32,000 bases of DNA from positions 1,830,001 through 1,862,000 of the forward strand of contig NZ_LT671858.1 of the NCBI RefSeq assembly GCF_900083515.1, in the 5' to 3' direction. The translations under genes and the position numbers were made by a program. Position 1 is the stretch's first letter. Each line of letters opens with the position of its first letter. Positions 24,439 to 32,000 of this stretch are shown here, one piece after another. The notes beneath the pieces are model-generated. The model was given only the letters and a program-made list of their open reading frames with translations. It was not told the origin of the DNA and made no database searches. Source of the stretch: Cuniculiplasma divulgatum. Lineage in GTDB: Archaea; Thermoplasmatota; Thermoplasmata; Thermoplasmatales; Thermoplasmataceae.

Positions 24439-24627
24439 ATGATAATAGAGACAGGTTTGAGGCCAGTTATTAGCACAAATGAGTTTGATGGGAAATACCT
24501 ATGGCTTGAATACTTTGTCATTGAGAGGGACCTCACAAGTATTATTAGAATCATGGGTGACCTGAAGGATAGAAATTCAGAATGGAAGGGATTGATATTT
24601 AAGATAAATAGTGCTTCTGATGAATAA
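24439..24627 (+). CDS. small hypothetical ORF, in frame with 23737..24399 and overlapping the cbiA start by 1 nt (TAATG)
   Basis: 62 aa. The 13 codons between the TAG and this ATG are also open (GETSNEIIQELEN). Confidence 0.4.
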   Translation: MIIETGLRPVISTNEFDGKYLWLEYFVIERDLTSIIRIMGDLKDRNSEWKGLIFKINSASDE

Positions 24628-25889
24628 TGAAAATCGTTGGAATAGCAGCTATGTCCACTGGGTCCGGTAAGACAACTGTTACTGGGGCCATTCTTTCTGC
24701 AGTGCCTCACAGCATACAGATAAAGATTGGACCTGATTTTATTGACCCTTTGATTGAATCTAAAATTACTGGAAAACACGGGTACAATCTGGACAGATGG
24801 CTTCAGGGCAGAATGGAGAGAAACATTGTTGGGCTTGCATCTGAAAAAGCAGATTTTGCAGTTGTTGAAGGTGTTATGGGGCTATATGATAGCGGTGTTG
24901 GAAAGGAATTCAGCACCATTGCCTACTTTGAAAGGCTTGGAATTCCATATATCCTGGTTGTGGATGTGTTCAAGTGGGCTGAGTCAATATATTATGCTGC
25001 TAAGGGCTTTATAAAGAAAAACTGCATCGGTGTGATCCTGAATGGTTACGCTGGAGAAAGACACCTTAAAATGATTGAAGATGTTTTTCTGTCCCATGGT
25101 ATCAGGATCGTTGGAAAAATACCTTATAGAGAAGAGTTCAAAATGCCTGAGAGACACCTTGGGTTGAATCTGGATCAGGATAACGAGAAACTGATCTATA
25201 GATCCAGAGAAATAGCTAAATTTATAGATCTTTCATTCACTGAACATTTACCTGAGATTTCTGGTATGAATTCTATAAGAAGAACGAATGTTCAGAGGAA
25301 AAATGTCTACATAGCAAGGGATGATGCGTTCTGTTTTTATTATGAAACTTCCTTAGACTATTTTTTGAAGAGACATAATGTAAGATTTTTTTCGCCCTTA
25401 AATGACGAAGTGCCAGAGAAAGCTGATCTAATATACATAGGTGGTGGATATCCAGAACTTTTTGGCGAAAGGCTAGAATCCGCTCTTAAACTGAAATCCT
25501 TCCTGAGGGATTATGTTGATAATGGTGGGTATCTATACTCTGAGTGTGGTGGTACTATGTTCCTCATGAATTCCATGGAAAATAATGATAAGAAATATGA
25601 AATGGCAGGAGTTTTTAGTGGAAAAACATGGATGGAAAAACGACCTGTGCTGAATTATACTAAAATTTTGTGCGAAACAGGAGGTCCATTCTTTAGAAAA
25701 GGACAGGTTATTAAGGGACATGAATTCCATTATGGTCGAATAAAAACAGAAGATAAAATGACGATGAGGATGATCAGAGGAAATGGAATAGAAGGCTACG
25801 ACGGCATAACAAGGAAAAATGCTTTTGGAATGTACACGCACATAGATTTCATGCGTTACGGCAGTAGCATGAAATGGGAAGAAAAGTGA
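24627..25889 (+). CDS. cbiA: cobyrinic acid (or related tetrapyrrole) a,c-diamide synthase, CbiA/CobB family
   Basis: N-terminal ATP loop AAMSTGSGKTTVTGAIL, GGGYPELF, the amidotransferase nucleophile context SECGGTMFLM, and GHEFHYG. Confidence 0.88.
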   Translation: MKIVGIAAMSTGSGKTTVTGAILSAVPHSIQIKIGPDFIDPLIESKITGKHGYNLDRWLQGRMERNIVGLASEKADFAVVEGVMGLYDSGVGKEFSTIAYFERLGIPYILVVDVFKWAESIYYAAKGFIKKNCIGVILNGYAGERHLKMIEDVFLSHGIRIVGKIPYREEFKMPERHLGLNLDQDNEKLIYRSREIAKFIDLSFTEHLPEISGMNSIRRTNVQRKNVYIARDDAFCFYYETSLDYFLKRHNVRFFSPLNDEVPEKADLIYIGGGYPELFGERLESALKLKSFLRDYVDNGGYLYSECGGTMFLMNSMENNDKKYEMAGVFSGKTWMEKRPVLNYTKILCETGGPFFRKGQVIKGHEFHYGRIKTEDKMTMRMIRGNGIEGYDGITRKNAFGMYTHIDFMRYGSSMKWEEK

Positions 25890-25927
25890 AATGGGATTTA
25901 TTCCTAACTGAAAGTATTCAGTTTGAA

Positions 25928-26836
25928 TTAGACATAGGTTAGATAATCCTGATGGGTGTTAGATTTTCCCTGAACAAGGTTGAAATAGGTTTCCCATACC
26001 TTCTTTGTTATACTGCCGACCTTTCCATCTCCAATGGTAATTCCATCTATATTGAGTATGGGTGTCACCTCAGCAGCTGTTCCAACAAAGAAAGCTTCAT
26101 CTGCAGTGTAAAGCTCTTCTCTATGAATAAATCTTTCAATTACCTGCATACCGTTCTCTTTCATGAGTTCAATGATCGTATTTCTGGTTATTCCCAAAAG
26201 GATCTGGCTGTCCCTTCCTGGGGTTAAAAGTGCACCGTCCTTTACTATGAAAATATTTTCTCCGGGCCCTTCTGCTACATAACCATCTCTTGATGTGAGT
26301 ATGGCCTCGTCGAAACCAGAAGCCTTAGCTTCCTTCATGGCTATAACAGAATTCAGGTAATTCCCGCTTGCCTTTGCCTCTATAGGTAAAATGGATGATT
26401 CCATTCTGTGCCATGATGATACTTTGCACTTTAGTCCGGTATCAGCCGCAGAGAAATACTTTCCAAAAGGAAATGCACCGATATAAACACTAATCTTCTT
26501 GCCAGCTGTTCCCACACCGACACTGTGGTCATCATAGAAGGCGAAAGGCCTTATGTAGCATGACTTAAGCTTGTTTCTTCTAACTACTTCTATTATTGCC
26601 TTTTCAATGTCACCTTCTGAAAAGCCAAGATTCATTCCATATATTTTTGCAGTATTGAAGAATCTCTTAACATGTTCCTTGAGGCGAAAGATTTCTGTTC
26701 CCTTTGGTGTCTCATATCCTCTTATGCCCTCAAATATACCACTACCGTACTGAAGTGAGTGTGTCATAATTGGAACAACGGCCTTCTCTTCGTCTATAAA
26801 ATTTCCATTTAACCATGATAGTTTTTCATCTGTCAT
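25928..26836 (-). CDS. ilvE: branched-chain amino acid aminotransferase (fold type IV PLP enzyme)
   Basis: HSLQYGSGIFEGIRGY, the catalytic Lys context EAKASGNYLNS, EGPGENIFIVKDGALLTP and ILLGITRNT. Confidence 0.92.
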   Translation of the reverse strand: MTDEKLSWLNGNFIDEEKAVVPIMTHSLQYGSGIFEGIRGYETPKGTEIFRLKEHVKRFFNTAKIYGMNLGFSEGDIEKAIIEVVRRNKLKSCYIRPFAFYDDHSVGVGTAGKKISVYIGAFPFGKYFSAADTGLKCKVSSWHRMESSILPIEAKASGNYLNSVIAMKEAKASGFDEAILTSRDGYVAEGPGENIFIVKDGALLTPGRDSQILLGITRNTIIELMKENGMQVIERFIHREELYTADEAFFVGTAAEVTPILNIDGITIGDGKVGSITKKVWETYFNLVQGKSNTHQDYLTYV

Positions 26837-26988
26837 ATTCTATCCTATATTATTTTTATATTAAACACTTTATCGCCTTATATATTAATATAATTATAAT
26901 CATATAAATTGCTTTTCTGTTAGGTTCTGTGTAAAAATATTTAATAATGATCTTCTCTTAAATAGGATAATTGTCTCTGGCTTCTTGA

Positions 26989-27567
26989 ATGAATACAGAG
27001 TTTTACCTTATCCTAATCACCATTACGCTAGCAGTGCTCCATATGATCGCTCCGGATCACTGGATGCCAATTTCAATTATATCTGCAAAAAGGAAATACA
27101 CGGACAGCACAACTGCAACATATGGCCTCACCATAGGAATAGTGCATGGAATATTATCAGCAATCATTGCACTTTTAGTTGCATTCCTTGGAGTGAGCGT
27201 AATAGGATATGATAGGATAAAGATAGGATCAGTTTTTCTTCTGGCAGTGGTTTGCCTTTACATACTACTTAACATAAGAAAAGAGGAAAATAAAAGCGAA
27301 AAAATTGAAAACACCAGTCTTCTTGTTAGTTTCATACCTGATCCTGCTTTTTTACCAATTGTGCTTGCAGCAACAGTTTACAGTGAACCTTTTATAGGAA
27401 TTATGAGCCTCTTATTCATAGTTTCAGGTGGAATTTCCCTAATGATTATCGCATTATTTGCAAAGAAAGGGATGCTTAAGGGGCTTGAGAAAATAAAACC
27501 TACTAGGGTTGACTATGTAATTGTTGCTGTACTGGCTATTACTGCAATTTTTATATATTTCACATGA
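26989..27567 (+). CDS. 6-TM membrane protein with an H-x4-D-H motif in TM1; putative Ni/Co-type metal transporter-like protein
   Basis: LAVLHMIAPDHWMPISI carries H-MIAP-D-H, the same spacing as the NiCoT signature. There is a degenerate internal repeat, IAPDHWMPI versus IPDPAFLPI (3+3 TM). The competing 26985 ORF in another frame is not hydrophobic-periodic. Confidence 0.5.
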   Translation: MNTEFYLILITITLAVLHMIAPDHWMPISIISAKRKYTDSTTATYGLTIGIVHGILSAIIALLVAFLGVSVIGYDRIKIGSVFLLAVVCLYILLNIRKEENKSEKIENTSLLVSFIPDPAFLPIVLAATVYSEPFIGIMSLLFIVSGGISLMIIALFAKKGMLKGLEKIKPTRVDYVIVAVLAITAIFIYFT

Positions 27568-27703
27568 TCTGAAAAAAAATGGTGAGTTCATAGGACCACG
27601 CATATTTCTTAAAATTTTTACCAAGGAAAGGAACATTTAACATCGTAAGCAAATTTATATAAAATGATGTGATTGAAATAATAATTCATAAGAGAGAACT
27701 ACT

Positions 27704-28468
27704 ATGAAAAGAAGAAATTTATTTATAACACTTTTATCCATATTAATATCTATAGTTTTCATAAGTGTTGGTGTTCTGTCTGTTTCCGGTGACGGCAACA
27801 TTGCTGTAAATTCTATAACTGATCACCCCTCTAAATATACTGGAACTTTTTCTCAAATGAATCCCTCTGAAACTACCATAAACGGGTATAACTTCATGGA
27901 TATTGGCAATATATATCACTGCGATAAAATCAGTGATCACACACATTTGAAACTTAACATGGATATATATGTTAATATGACTGATTCCACTGCATTTTAT
28001 ATTATATGTGGCGCCATTAATGCAGAGAAAGGATCAAATATCGCCAGTGGGATTTCTGCCCCAAACGGTACAACAATTTACATATCGACTGGGAACAATC
28101 TTGAAATGGTAAATGATGGACATGAAATAAATATTAGCAACAATTTTGTTCTACCAGGAATAGCGAGAAATCAGACCTCTCCTATCACATGTTGCTCTGG
28201 CAATCTCAAATATGAGAAGAGAAGTGAAATATTTTCAAGCTCTATTTTGCAGGGAGTTAAGGCTCTGAACTGTGTGGGAGGAGAAACATATTTCCAGTTT
28301 AAAGTTACAATGGAACAAAAAATCTTCTCTAGAGGAAATGTAACTGAACAGATAAATGTTGGTGGATATACAACTTATTACAAAAATAATCCGATAGGGA
28401 TAGGAAGAACACTGGAACTTAGCTCATCAATCATTTCAGAGAATATAGAATTTGAATATGACCCCTAA
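27704..28468 (+). CDS. secreted or membrane-anchored protein of unknown function
   Basis: N-terminal MKRRN followed by the hydrophobic LFITLLSILISIVFISVGVLSV. There are several N-x-S/T sequons and 6 Cys (CDK, IICG, TCCSG, NCVGG). Confidence 0.55.
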   Translation: MKRRNLFITLLSILISIVFISVGVLSVSGDGNIAVNSITDHPSKYTGTFSQMNPSETTINGYNFMDIGNIYHCDKISDHTHLKLNMDIYVNMTDSTAFYIICGAINAEKGSNIASGISAPNGTTIYISTGNNLEMVNDGHEINISNNFVLPGIARNQTSPITCCSGNLKYEKRSEIFSSSILQGVKALNCVGGETYFQFKVTMEQKIFSRGNVTEQINVGGYTTYYKNNPIGIGRTLELSSSIISENIEFEYDP

Positions 28469-28579
28469 TAATATAAATAATTTTAAGACTTCTGAATGAT
28501 CTGAAAAAACGGCTTGAAATTAAAAATTTATTGGTAAAAGTGTTATAAGATAATTGATTTGTTTAGGATATTATTTATT

Positions 28580-29470
28580 TCATTGCTTAAGGGCAGCAAC
28601 AAGCTTTGGTACAACCTGAAATAGATCGCCCACAATTCCATAGTCGCATTCCTGGAATATGGGGGCTTCCTTATCCTTATTCACTGCAATGACTATCTTT
28701 GAGCCCCTCATGCCTGCAATATGCTGTATCTGACCGGAGATACCAAGTGCTATATATACCCTGGGCTTTACCTTCTTACCTGATAGACCTACCTGCCTCT
28801 CTTCGTTAAGCCATTTATAATCCAGACACACCGGCCTTGAACCGGACATTTCGCCATGAACTGCCTCTACCAGAGGTTTTATCTGATCGATGGCTTCCTT
28901 TTTCCCAACACCTCTTCCTATGGAAACAAGAATGGAAGCTGATTCGATATCTGTTCCACTTCTATCTTTTTCCATTTCCTGATCTATGGAAAGAACAGAA
29001 TTCTCTAATTCCATGGGTGAAACCTGGCTCTTTGCATCTATCTTTTTAGGTTCAAATGATCCTGGTTGTACCGTTATTACCTTTGACTTGCTTTCTTCTT
29101 CCAGTATTGTTTTGCCTCCAAAGAAGAATCTTTTGGTTTTTACACTCTCCCCTTCTATCTCAAATTCAAAGACTTCCGTAACCACGGTGGACTTGAGTGT
29201 GGCCGCTATCATCCCTGCAATGTCTCTTCCCAGTGGAGAGCTGGATATGAATATCCTGTCAAATTTTGAGATGTCAATCTTGTTTAAGGCCTTGAAGGTA
29301 TTGTCTCCCATTGGTTTACCCTTTAGCACAAAGATCTCCTTTAGTCCGTATTCAAGGCATTTTTCCTCCTGCCCTTCAAGTGTTACACCGTATACTTCTC
29401 CCTTTTCTCTGAGTTTTGTAGCCAAACCTCCCAAATTTGTACCATCTTCCGAAAATAATAGTAACTTCAT
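28580..29470 (-). CDS. etfA: electron transfer flavoprotein, alpha subunit
   Basis: FAD-binding C-terminal domain PRVYIALGISGQIQHIAGMRGSKIVIAVNKDKEAPIFQECDYGIVGDLFQVVP. Confidence 0.92.
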   Translation of the reverse strand: MKLLLFSEDGTNLGGLATKLREKGEVYGVTLEGQEEKCLEYGLKEIFVLKGKPMGDNTFKALNKIDISKFDRIFISSSPLGRDIAGMIAATLKSTVVTEVFEFEIEGESVKTKRFFFGGKTILEEESKSKVITVQPGSFEPKKIDAKSQVSPMELENSVLSIDQEMEKDRSGTDIESASILVSIGRGVGKKEAIDQIKPLVEAVHGEMSGSRPVCLDYKWLNEERQVGLSGKKVKPRVYIALGISGQIQHIAGMRGSKIVIAVNKDKEAPIFQECDYGIVGDLFQVVPKLVAALKQ

Positions 29471-30216
29471 TTAATTTCACCTCGAATTATCTTTGTTATC
29501 TCAGATACACCTTTATCCATGTCCTCGAAAATCAACCTCTTTCTATCACTTTTTGGAGCGAGATTGCTGATTATCTTTGGTGTTTCAAAGTTCCCGACTG
29601 GTGCTGGAACAGTGTTTATGGGTTTCCTTCCTGCTGCCATTATCTGCAGGACAGGAGGCAGTCTTGGCTGGTTTATTTCCTGCGTTACAGATACAATGCA
29701 TGGCTTTACAGCAGATATTATCTCGTCTTTTTCGTCCAGTACTCTCTTTATCCTTATCCTTTCCCCCTCCACTGATACACTTACAGCATTACCCAGAAGT
29801 GACATATTCAGTTCTGTTGAAAGAAGACCCGGCAGTAACCCTGTGTAGGAATCTGCCGACTGGTTTCCAAGTATTACGCAGTCAACATTTCCGAGTTCCT
29901 TAATCTTGCTGCTCAAAACTGAGGCTGTGTACGCAGGATTATTACCCTTATAGCCAGTTATTATAAACCCTTCGTCGACTCCCATTGCATAAGCTTCCTT
30001 CATTGCGGAATTTGATTTTTCTGTTCCAAATATGATTCCAGTCACTTTTCCCCCATTCTTTTCTTTAAGCTGCACAGCTGCTTCAATGGAGTTTTTGCTC
30101 AGGTTCTCGATCCGAAGTGGTATATTCTGAGTGAGTGGTTCACCACTGTTTGGATCTGTCTTGAGCTGATCTATATCTATTATCTGTTTGATTAAAACAA
30201 CTATATTCAACGCCAT
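29467..30216 (-). CDS. etfB: electron transfer flavoprotein, beta subunit
   Basis: MALNIVVLIKQIIDIDQLK plus an overall ETF-beta pattern. ATG at 30216 is preceded by GGAG 8 nt upstream. The track's GTG at 30225 is an alternative start. The stop overlaps the etfA ATG (ATGA). Confidence 0.9.
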   Translation of the reverse strand: MALNIVVLIKQIIDIDQLKTDPNSGEPLTQNIPLRIENLSKNSIEAAVQLKEKNGGKVTGIIFGTEKSNSAMKEAYAMGVDEGFIITGYKGNNPAYTASVLSSKIKELGNVDCVILGNQSADSYTGLLPGLLSTELNMSLLGNAVSVSVEGERIRIKRVLDEKDEIISAVKPCIVSVTQEINQPRLPPVLQIMAAGRKPINTVPAPVGNFETPKIISNLAPKSDRKRLIFEDMDKGVSEITKIIRGEIK

Positions 30217-30266
30217 AACGTTCACTCCTATTCCAGATTGTTTTCAAGGTAAATATCCCTTACCTG

Positions 30267-30274
30267 ATTTAAAC
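30267..30274 (+). promoter_or_regulatory. TATA-box candidate (ATTTAAAC) for the thiolase gene
   Basis: Centred about 27 nt upstream of the ATG at 30298, in the 81-bp divergent etfB/thiolase spacer. Confidence 0.3.
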
Positions 30275-30297
30275 ATCTGGTAATTTTTTGATTATTA

Positions 30298-31563
30298 ATG
30301 AATGTGTCGATTTCGTATGTCGATATCGAAAATATATTTATGTTAAATATGTATATGGCTCATGGTGAAATAGTGAATAACGACTCAGTTCATATAATAG
30401 ATTTTAAGCGAAGTGCGTTCTCAAGGTCAAGGCCTCAGGATCCGGAGAGGGACATGCTTAACTCAATGAGAATGGATGAGGTTCTTGGAAAACTTATAAA
30501 AGATACAGTATCGAGAAATGGGATCAATACAGAAGATATTGATGACGTGATAACAGGATGCGCAATACAGGCTGACGAAAACTGGACTTATGGTGGAAGA
30601 CATCCTGTATTCATGGGCGGGATGCCATTCAATGTTCCAAGTATGTCTCTGGACAGGGCCTGCTCATCATCACTTAATGCGATTTCAATTGGTGCAATGG
30701 AAATAATGACTGGGAATTCAAGAATAGTCCTTGCAGGGGGCATGGAACATATGACCCATGTACCACTCAGCAACAATCCTCATGTAAAGCCAAACATGAA
30801 ACTCATGGTCAGACCTGAGTTCATGAAATATCAGATGAACATTTCATACAACATGCTTGCCACTGCTGAAAAACTGGCTGCTCTGAGAAATATAGGAAGG
30901 GATGAGATGGATGAATATGCCTATGAGAGCCATCTTAGAGCTGTCAAGGGCCAGGAGGAGGGTTTTTTCAAGGGAGAAATACTTCCAATTGAAGTTGAGA
31001 ATGATGGAAAAACAGTGATATTTGACAGAGACCAGGCAGTTCGGAAAGATGCAACTCTTGATGGAATGAAGAAACTCAAACCAATTTTAAAGGAAGATGG
31101 AGTCATAACAGCAGGAAATTCATCTCCTCTCAATGCCGGTGCATCTCTCGTTGCTCTGGCAAGTGGAGAGAAAGTAAAGGAATATGGTTTTAGCCCAATG
31201 GCTAGAATCCTAAGTTTTGGATGGGCTGGAGTAGATCCATCTATAATGGGAGAGGGTCCGGTACCGGCAACAAAGAAAGCTCTGGAAAGAGCAGGACTAA
31301 AGCCGGATGATATTGATCTCTGGGAAATAAATGAGGCTTTTGCAGTTGTTGTCCTGAATGCAATGAAAGCGTTCAATATTCCAAGAGAAAAGGTAAATAT
31401 TTACGGAGGAGGAATTTCAATAGGTCATCCATTGGGGGCTACAGGTGCCAGAATAGCTGGAACACTGGCAAGAGAGCTAAAGGAGAAGGGCAAAAGGTAT
31501 GGAGTTGCCACCTTATGTGTTGGTGGTGGACAGGGATATTCTGTTGTAGTGGAGGCTGAGTGA
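30298..31563 (+). CDS. acetyl-CoA C-acyltransferase / thiolase
   Basis: Active-site Cys in RACSSSLNAI, GNSSPLNAGA, NEAFA, GHPLGATGAR and the C-terminal CVGGGQG. In-frame ATGs at 30340, 30349 and 30355 (MAHGEIV..) are alternative starts. Confidence 0.9.
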   Translation: MNVSISYVDIENIFMLNMYMAHGEIVNNDSVHIIDFKRSAFSRSRPQDPERDMLNSMRMDEVLGKLIKDTVSRNGINTEDIDDVITGCAIQADENWTYGGRHPVFMGGMPFNVPSMSLDRACSSSLNAISIGAMEIMTGNSRIVLAGGMEHMTHVPLSNNPHVKPNMKLMVRPEFMKYQMNISYNMLATAEKLAALRNIGRDEMDEYAYESHLRAVKGQEEGFFKGEILPIEVENDGKTVIFDRDQAVRKDATLDGMKKLKPILKEDGVITAGNSSPLNAGASLVALASGEKVKEYGFSPMARILSFGWAGVDPSIMGEGPVPATKKALERAGLKPDDIDLWEINEAFAVVVLNAMKAFNIPREKVNIYGGGISIGHPLGATGARIAGTLARELKEKGKRYGVATLCVGGGQGYSVVVEAE

Positions 31564-32000
31564 ATGAATTTTGATCTTGACACAGAACTTGAGGAATACA
31601 GAAACAGGGTTAGAGACTTCTCCCTCAGGGAATTTGGAAATGAAGTTGCATCAAAATACGATATGGAGGAGAAATATCCTGATGAATTGAGACTGAAAGC
31701 TTTAAAGGAGGGAATAATAGATTTTTCAAACCCATGGAAAACCATGATAGGGATTGAAGAAATGTGCAGAGTTGACCCTGGTCTTGGTATTTCCGTAACA
31801 GTGCCGTACTTCGGGGCTGAAGTACTCATGCTCCACGGTAGTGATTATTTGAAAGAGAATTATCTTGGAGAGGTTGCTGCAGGAAAGAAGATAATGGGAC
31901 TCGGTGTAACAGAACCAGGAGGAGGTAGTGATGTTGCTGGGTTGAAGACGGTTGCAAGGAAAGAAGGATCAAAATATATCGTTAATGGATCGAAAATGTT
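31564..32000 (+). CDS. acyl-CoA dehydrogenase, N-terminal 145 codons; gene continues past the window end
   Basis: Not in the ORF track because it runs off the edge. The ATG directly abuts the thiolase TGA. It reads MNFDLDTELEEYRNRVRDFSLREFGNE...GLGVTEPGGGSDVAGLKTVARKEGSKYIVNGSKM, and (T/S)EPxxGSD is the ACAD signature. Confidence 0.9.
   Translation, partial: MNFDLDTELEEYRNRVRDFSLREFGNEVASKYDMEEKYPDELRLKALKEGIIDFSNPWKTMIGIEEMCRVDPGLGISVTVPYFGAEVLMLHGSDYLKENYLGEVAAGKKIMGLGVTEPGGGSDVAGLKTVARKEGSKYIVNGSKM

Noticed and set aside
26985-27212. 75-aa ORF starting 4 nt upstream of, and overlapping, the HX4DH membrane protein gene in another frame
   Set aside because: Its translation is polar and aromatic-rich without features. 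The 26989 frame gives a coherent 6-TM protein along the full 579 nt.
27564-28508. Identical 14-mer ATGATCTGAAAAAA at or shortly after the stop of two plus-strand genes (27564..27577, overlapping the TGA of CDS 26989..27567, and 28495..28508, about 27 nt after the stop of CDS 27704..28468)
   Set aside because: A rough estimate for a 32-kb AT-rich window predicts several chance 14-mer matches. Flanking sequence does not extend the similarity.
28986-31829. Long antisense ORFs opposite etfA (28986..29474), etfB (29519..29903), thiolase (30921..31376) and the ACAD (31425..31829)
   Set aside because: Each is opposite a gene with strong family signatures, and their translations are Ser/Pro/Leu-rich with no motifs. 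The same reasoning applies to 19648..20079, 20335..21267, 15429..15713, 17353..17535, 18660..18895 and 25533..26227.

Overview
Everything below is read by eye from the sequence and the supplied ORF track; no database or HMM search was run. This is a low-GC archaeal chromosome segment (GC estimated by eye, not computed). It is most consistent with an acidophilic Thermoplasmata-type organism. Supporting signs are an archaeal-type TrpRS, a TtuA/NcsA thiolase, an Mtq2/HemK-like methylase and TATA-like boxes about 25-30 nt upstream of many start codons. Acid-protease (sedolisin) surface proteins with dense N-glycosylation sequons point the same way.

Layout:
(1) 1-1318: HAD hydrolase stub and a cytochrome P450 on the minus strand.
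(2) 1570-11058: a same-strand envelope module. It holds an ABC-2-like permease with no ATPase, an 857-aa YVTN beta-propeller surface protein, and a 1667-aa membrane-tethered sedolisin (S53) fused to YVTN blades and repeated GLP..W..PNGTY modules.
(3) 11098-14112: a SAM methyltransferase that looks frameshifted at a (GA)5 repeat, a DAO-family FAD oxidoreductase and a 6-TM membrane protein.
(4) 14113-16163: a gene-decay patch. It contains an IS4/IS5-type transposase C-terminal remnant, an MFS transporter broken by one in-frame TGA, and a 42-codon flavoprotein stub.
(5) 16342-21805: a minus-strand housekeeping array of DUF1059, TtuA/NcsA, TrpRS, ornithine cyclodeaminase family and a fused membrane HdrE/HdrD-like Fe-S oxidoreductase.
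(6) 21889-24627: an Mtq2-like methylase and a divergent pair of uncharacterised genes, one a tandem Lrp/AsnC-like protein and the other split by an in-frame TAG.
(7) 24627-28468: CbiA, IlvE, an HX4DH membrane protein and a secreted protein.
(8) 28580-32000: an etfBA / thiolase / acyl-CoA dehydrogenase beta-oxidation cluster.

I saw no rRNA, tRNA or CRISPR array. The best candidates for something undescribed are the surface module at 1570-11058 and the uncharacterised divergent pair at 22458-24627.
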